DNA of 64,000 nucleotides from Eledone cirrhosa (Eukaryota). Below the pieces are notes generated by a model. It did no database searches, was not told the origin of the DNA, and saw only the letters and a program-made list of their open reading frames with translations. The stretch is taken from positions 23,002,001 through 23,066,000 of the forward strand of contig OZ024746.1 of assembly GCA_964016885.1 (NCBI GenBank), read 5' to 3'. A program made the translations under genes and the position numbers. Positions 60,831 to 64,000 of the stretch are shown piece after piece. Every line of letters begins with the position of its first letter. Within the stretch, counting starts at the first letter, position 1.

Positions 60831-60897
60831 GCACTGATGATGATTATCGCTAAATACTGATGTTGGTTAGATTATCAATATTAGTATTATTGGGGCA

Positions 60898-61024
60898 CCC
60901 ACTGATGAATTATAGAAGCCCACTTGAATATATATCTATTGATGGTATACAAGCTCCTACATAAATTGGTATAATTTAAGCCAAATTGTAGGAATCCTAT
61001 AACGAAACGAGACGTCCGTCTGGG
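60898..61024 (+). ncRNA. Type I hammerhead with large stem II insertion
   Basis: CCCA-CTGATGA-aTTATAG...CTATAAc-GAAA-CGAGACGTCC-GTC-TGGG; homolog of 308-432 with covarying stems. Confidence 0.75.
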
Positions 61025-61968
61025 AAGAGATATATTCGATATGTCTCATATGAAATAATACAGCCAATAGAACTGATGTCCCTAAAGTCTTGTGAGCAAA
61101 ATTTCGAAATTTGGTAGTCGGAACTGTGGAAGCCCGTCACAACGACCGTTGATGTTGAGTGATTGACTCAACCGGTTCTCCAGTTTAATATGGCCATATG
61201 TCTTTTAATAGTCCACTCTGTTTCGTGAAATTTGACCAGCCAAGGGTCCAGTCAGAGTAGAACTTCCTTTCCTCCTTCTACCAACCTCAGATGCCCTATA
61301 GAAAGGTCAAAGGCGTTGCGTTTCTACCTCCGTCTACTTGAGAGATAAAACTATATTGAATGCTTAGAGATACTAAACATGAAATTCAGTACATGCTGAA
61401 TAGCAATATCCGTTGTCAATGATGAACAATTATTAAAGAAAAGGAGGGAAGGGAACAGAAGAACTCTTAACTCTTATGGACCCGTAGAAGCGTCACCCAG
61501 GACATTTTAAAACCCGACAAAACCCATCCCTCTCCACATCGGTACACAACCAATTTCTTCCAGAGAAGGAGAGATAACAAGAGAAAATGTTAAGAGAAAT
61601 GAAGGATAGAACTTAGTACTGGACTGGTACTTTAATTATGGTCCTCAGAGAGAAGGAAAAGCAAAATAGACATAAGTAGGTTTGAACTCAAAGTGAAGAG
61701 TGTCGAAACAATTACCAAGCATTTAATCTGACAGTGAGAAAGAAGCTCAGCATTAAATGTTGCTAATGTATTGGGAGTTGCGTAAAATCCATTTTGTCAG
61801 TTCCAAGGTTTTGAAAAGAAGTTAAAATGGAATAAGAAATCCCAACCAATTTAGGACAAATCAGCCTCTGGCAGGTCACAACATTCTTGGCAGGTCATCA
61901 TGTACTTAATCTATCGATTCATTGATTGGTCGCTCGTCAATTTCAACTTATTTTTCTTCTGCAGCCTA

Positions 61969-62004
<36 letters not shown>

Positions 62005-62549
62005 GACCAGGATCTTTACGAAACACTATTCACATACACAGACCAACTACCACAAAAATTTACTAATGTGAAAAATACATGTGTATATGTGTATAAACAT
62101 ATGTGTCTGTGTGCCAGTGTGTATGTATGTGTATGTGCGAGTATATATAGATGTGCATAAAAAATCCACAAACACACTTGTGTGTATTCACACACACACA
62201 CACACTCATACATAAACATACACACACACATAAATAAACACACATACTCACACTCATACAAAAATATACACAGAACTATAAATTTACACAAAAAATTCAC
62301 AGCCATACGCACACACACACAGTTCTATCAACGATACACAAACCACACGCACTCAGAAGCAATAATACATAGCTACGAAAGGCACTCCATCGATACACAC
62401 ATAACAGCCATCTTGACACAACTGGACTCATCACCTCGTCCCCCACCCTCACGATCCGGACTACTCGCCAACCCTCTCAAGCCTTCTTAAAACTTTTTCT
62501 TTCCAAACTCCGTTGTTCCGACCTTTTCTCTTTCTTTCCGAACTCTCCA

Positions 62550-62585
62550 TTTCCTGAAGAATGATTTATGTCTGACACGACGAAA
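62550..62585 (+). ncRNA. Heavily decayed minimal hammerhead motif
   Basis: TTTC-CTGAAGA-ATGAT-TTAT-GTCT-GACA-CG-AC-GAAA; downstream AAGCGTGAA.CTAATAA matches the 40618 element. Confidence 0.45.
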
Positions 62586-62700
62586 CTCTCATTTACATCT
62601 TCCTAAGCGTGAAACTAATAAGGCTTTGTGTTTTTGTATCTCTGTGTTTGGCTTGTCTATCATTGAACTACACATATATTATATATATATATATATATAT

Positions 62701-62893
62701 AGGAAACAGTATGACCCCGACGGCAAAGCTCAAGCCGTTTCGACGGCTATTTCTTGTCCAGAAATAGCCGTCGAAACGGCTTGAGCTCTGCCGTCGGGGT
62801 TATACTTTTTTCCTATTTCCCACTCTACTACCTTAAGTATTGAGTACTCTGGTGCGTTATGGTCCATCTGGTTCCTTACCACAATTCCTTTGT

Positions 62894-62894
<1 letters not shown>
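62701..62894 (+). mobile_element. Family A fold-back copy
   Basis: ~53-bp arms around a TTGTCCA loop plus the standard tail, between (TA)n tracts. Confidence 0.85.
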
Positions 62895-62968
<74 letters not shown>

Positions 62969-63499
62969 GAAGGTGCTTGGCTTAGTGTTAAGTGCGTTCG
63001 GTGACATATATATATATACATATATATGTGTGTGTGTATATGTTAGTGTGTATGTACATGTGTGTGTGTATATATATATTTATTATATATTCAAATTATC
63101 TGGTAATTGAAATTGGGATGAAAATATACCATATAGCTATAATTTATCACTGACCAAATATGGAAATGAATAACCCCTTATCTCATTGACGCCACCAAAT
63201 AACAACACACACCATCTAAATTGATAAAATAAGATTTCTTTAAGAGTCACCAAGCCCATTAATAAAAATAGGAATACTGTGAGGGTGACGGGAAAAGGAT
63301 TGGACAAAAAGGAACCACCTTCGACTATGGACTAAAAAGTAGTCGCATCCTAAGTTACAGGAACAAGAAAGGTGTAGAGAAAGAAGCAGAAAAAGAAAGG
63401 TGTCTGGCAATGCAAGAGTGTTAGTGTGTAGAATCATGGTGGGTGTCGTTTAAGACGGGTTTTCTGAAACATGGGTTTTACAAATAGGGAATGCATGAG

Positions 63500-63830
63500 C
63501 TTTTCTCTCGCGAGAAGAACTTTGATCAGGACCAAAATGTCAACCGTAGAAATGATAGATTGTTATGCAGAGACCCCAAGGATCTTCCAACAGTCATGCA
63601 CACAAAGTTTCCGGCAACTGTGATGGTTCTGGAAGCCGTGAGTAACGAGAGAGATGGCATACGTCATCACGCCTTTCCTCGGGACTTAAGGGTCAATGCT
63701 GCAGATTATAAGGATGTGTTGGAGAAAGTTCCGAGTACTTCCATAGTGAGCGTGAAACAAACGAAGACGATACATCTACCGACAAGACTCTACACCGGCT
63801 CACACGACCAAGACGACCGAACAATGGATG
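63500..63830 (+). pseudogene. Tc1/mariner DD37D (maT)-like transposase remnant
   Basis: FSREKNFDQDQ..NDR..TKFPATVMV..VSNE..LRVNA..Y.DVL; frameshifted QDSTPAH (QDxAPAH motif); first catalytic D lost. Confidence 0.8.
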
Positions 63831-64000
63831 AGTTGTTAACGAGTTCGGCTATCATGCTGTCATCACACAGGCCGGTTCCCCTGGCACGCCGCTCTGAACG
63901 ACATCATCGTGAGCAGCCTTGATGCAACCAGCTTCCCATCACAGCTGGAACCAGCTGTCCTCGGCCGTGGCGATGGTAAACTTCCGGACGGAATAACCTT

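Noticed and set aside
62320-62490. FYQRYTNHTHS resembling the GIY-YIG FKxRxxNH motif
   Set aside because: Too short and embedded in CA-rich sequence; possibly a deleted PLE remnant but not supportable as a feature.

Overview
Non-coding, AT-rich, microsatellite-dense eukaryotic DNA. The repeat repertoire suggests an octopod cephalopod; this is an inference and no database was checked. No complete host gene is evident, and almost all ORFs in the track are (TA/CA/GA)n artefacts. The real coding remnants all come from mobile elements: a 5'-truncated but uninterrupted Penelope-like (Naiad-type) RT+GIY-YIG ORF (50451-52136, -), a second PLE GIY-YIG tail (21271-21615, -), RTE and CR1 LINE 3' ends, and a decayed DD37D/maT-like transposase. 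There are also many tRNA-derived SINEs, several MITEs and four minisatellites. The most striking hidden signal is RNA-structural: more than a dozen type I hammerhead-ribozyme (HHR) motifs in several families, mostly in short elements embedded in (TA)n. One family has a non-canonical UUGANAA core (U3-A8 instead of C3-G8), an extended stem II and cross-copy covariation; it also occurs once per unit in a 591-bp retrozyme-like tandem array. A second family carries a ~80-nt structured stem II insert. Several fold-back elements keep only the GAAA/stem III/NUH half of a ribozyme and pivot in the stem II region. All structures were read by eye; coordinates of degenerate repeats are approximate.
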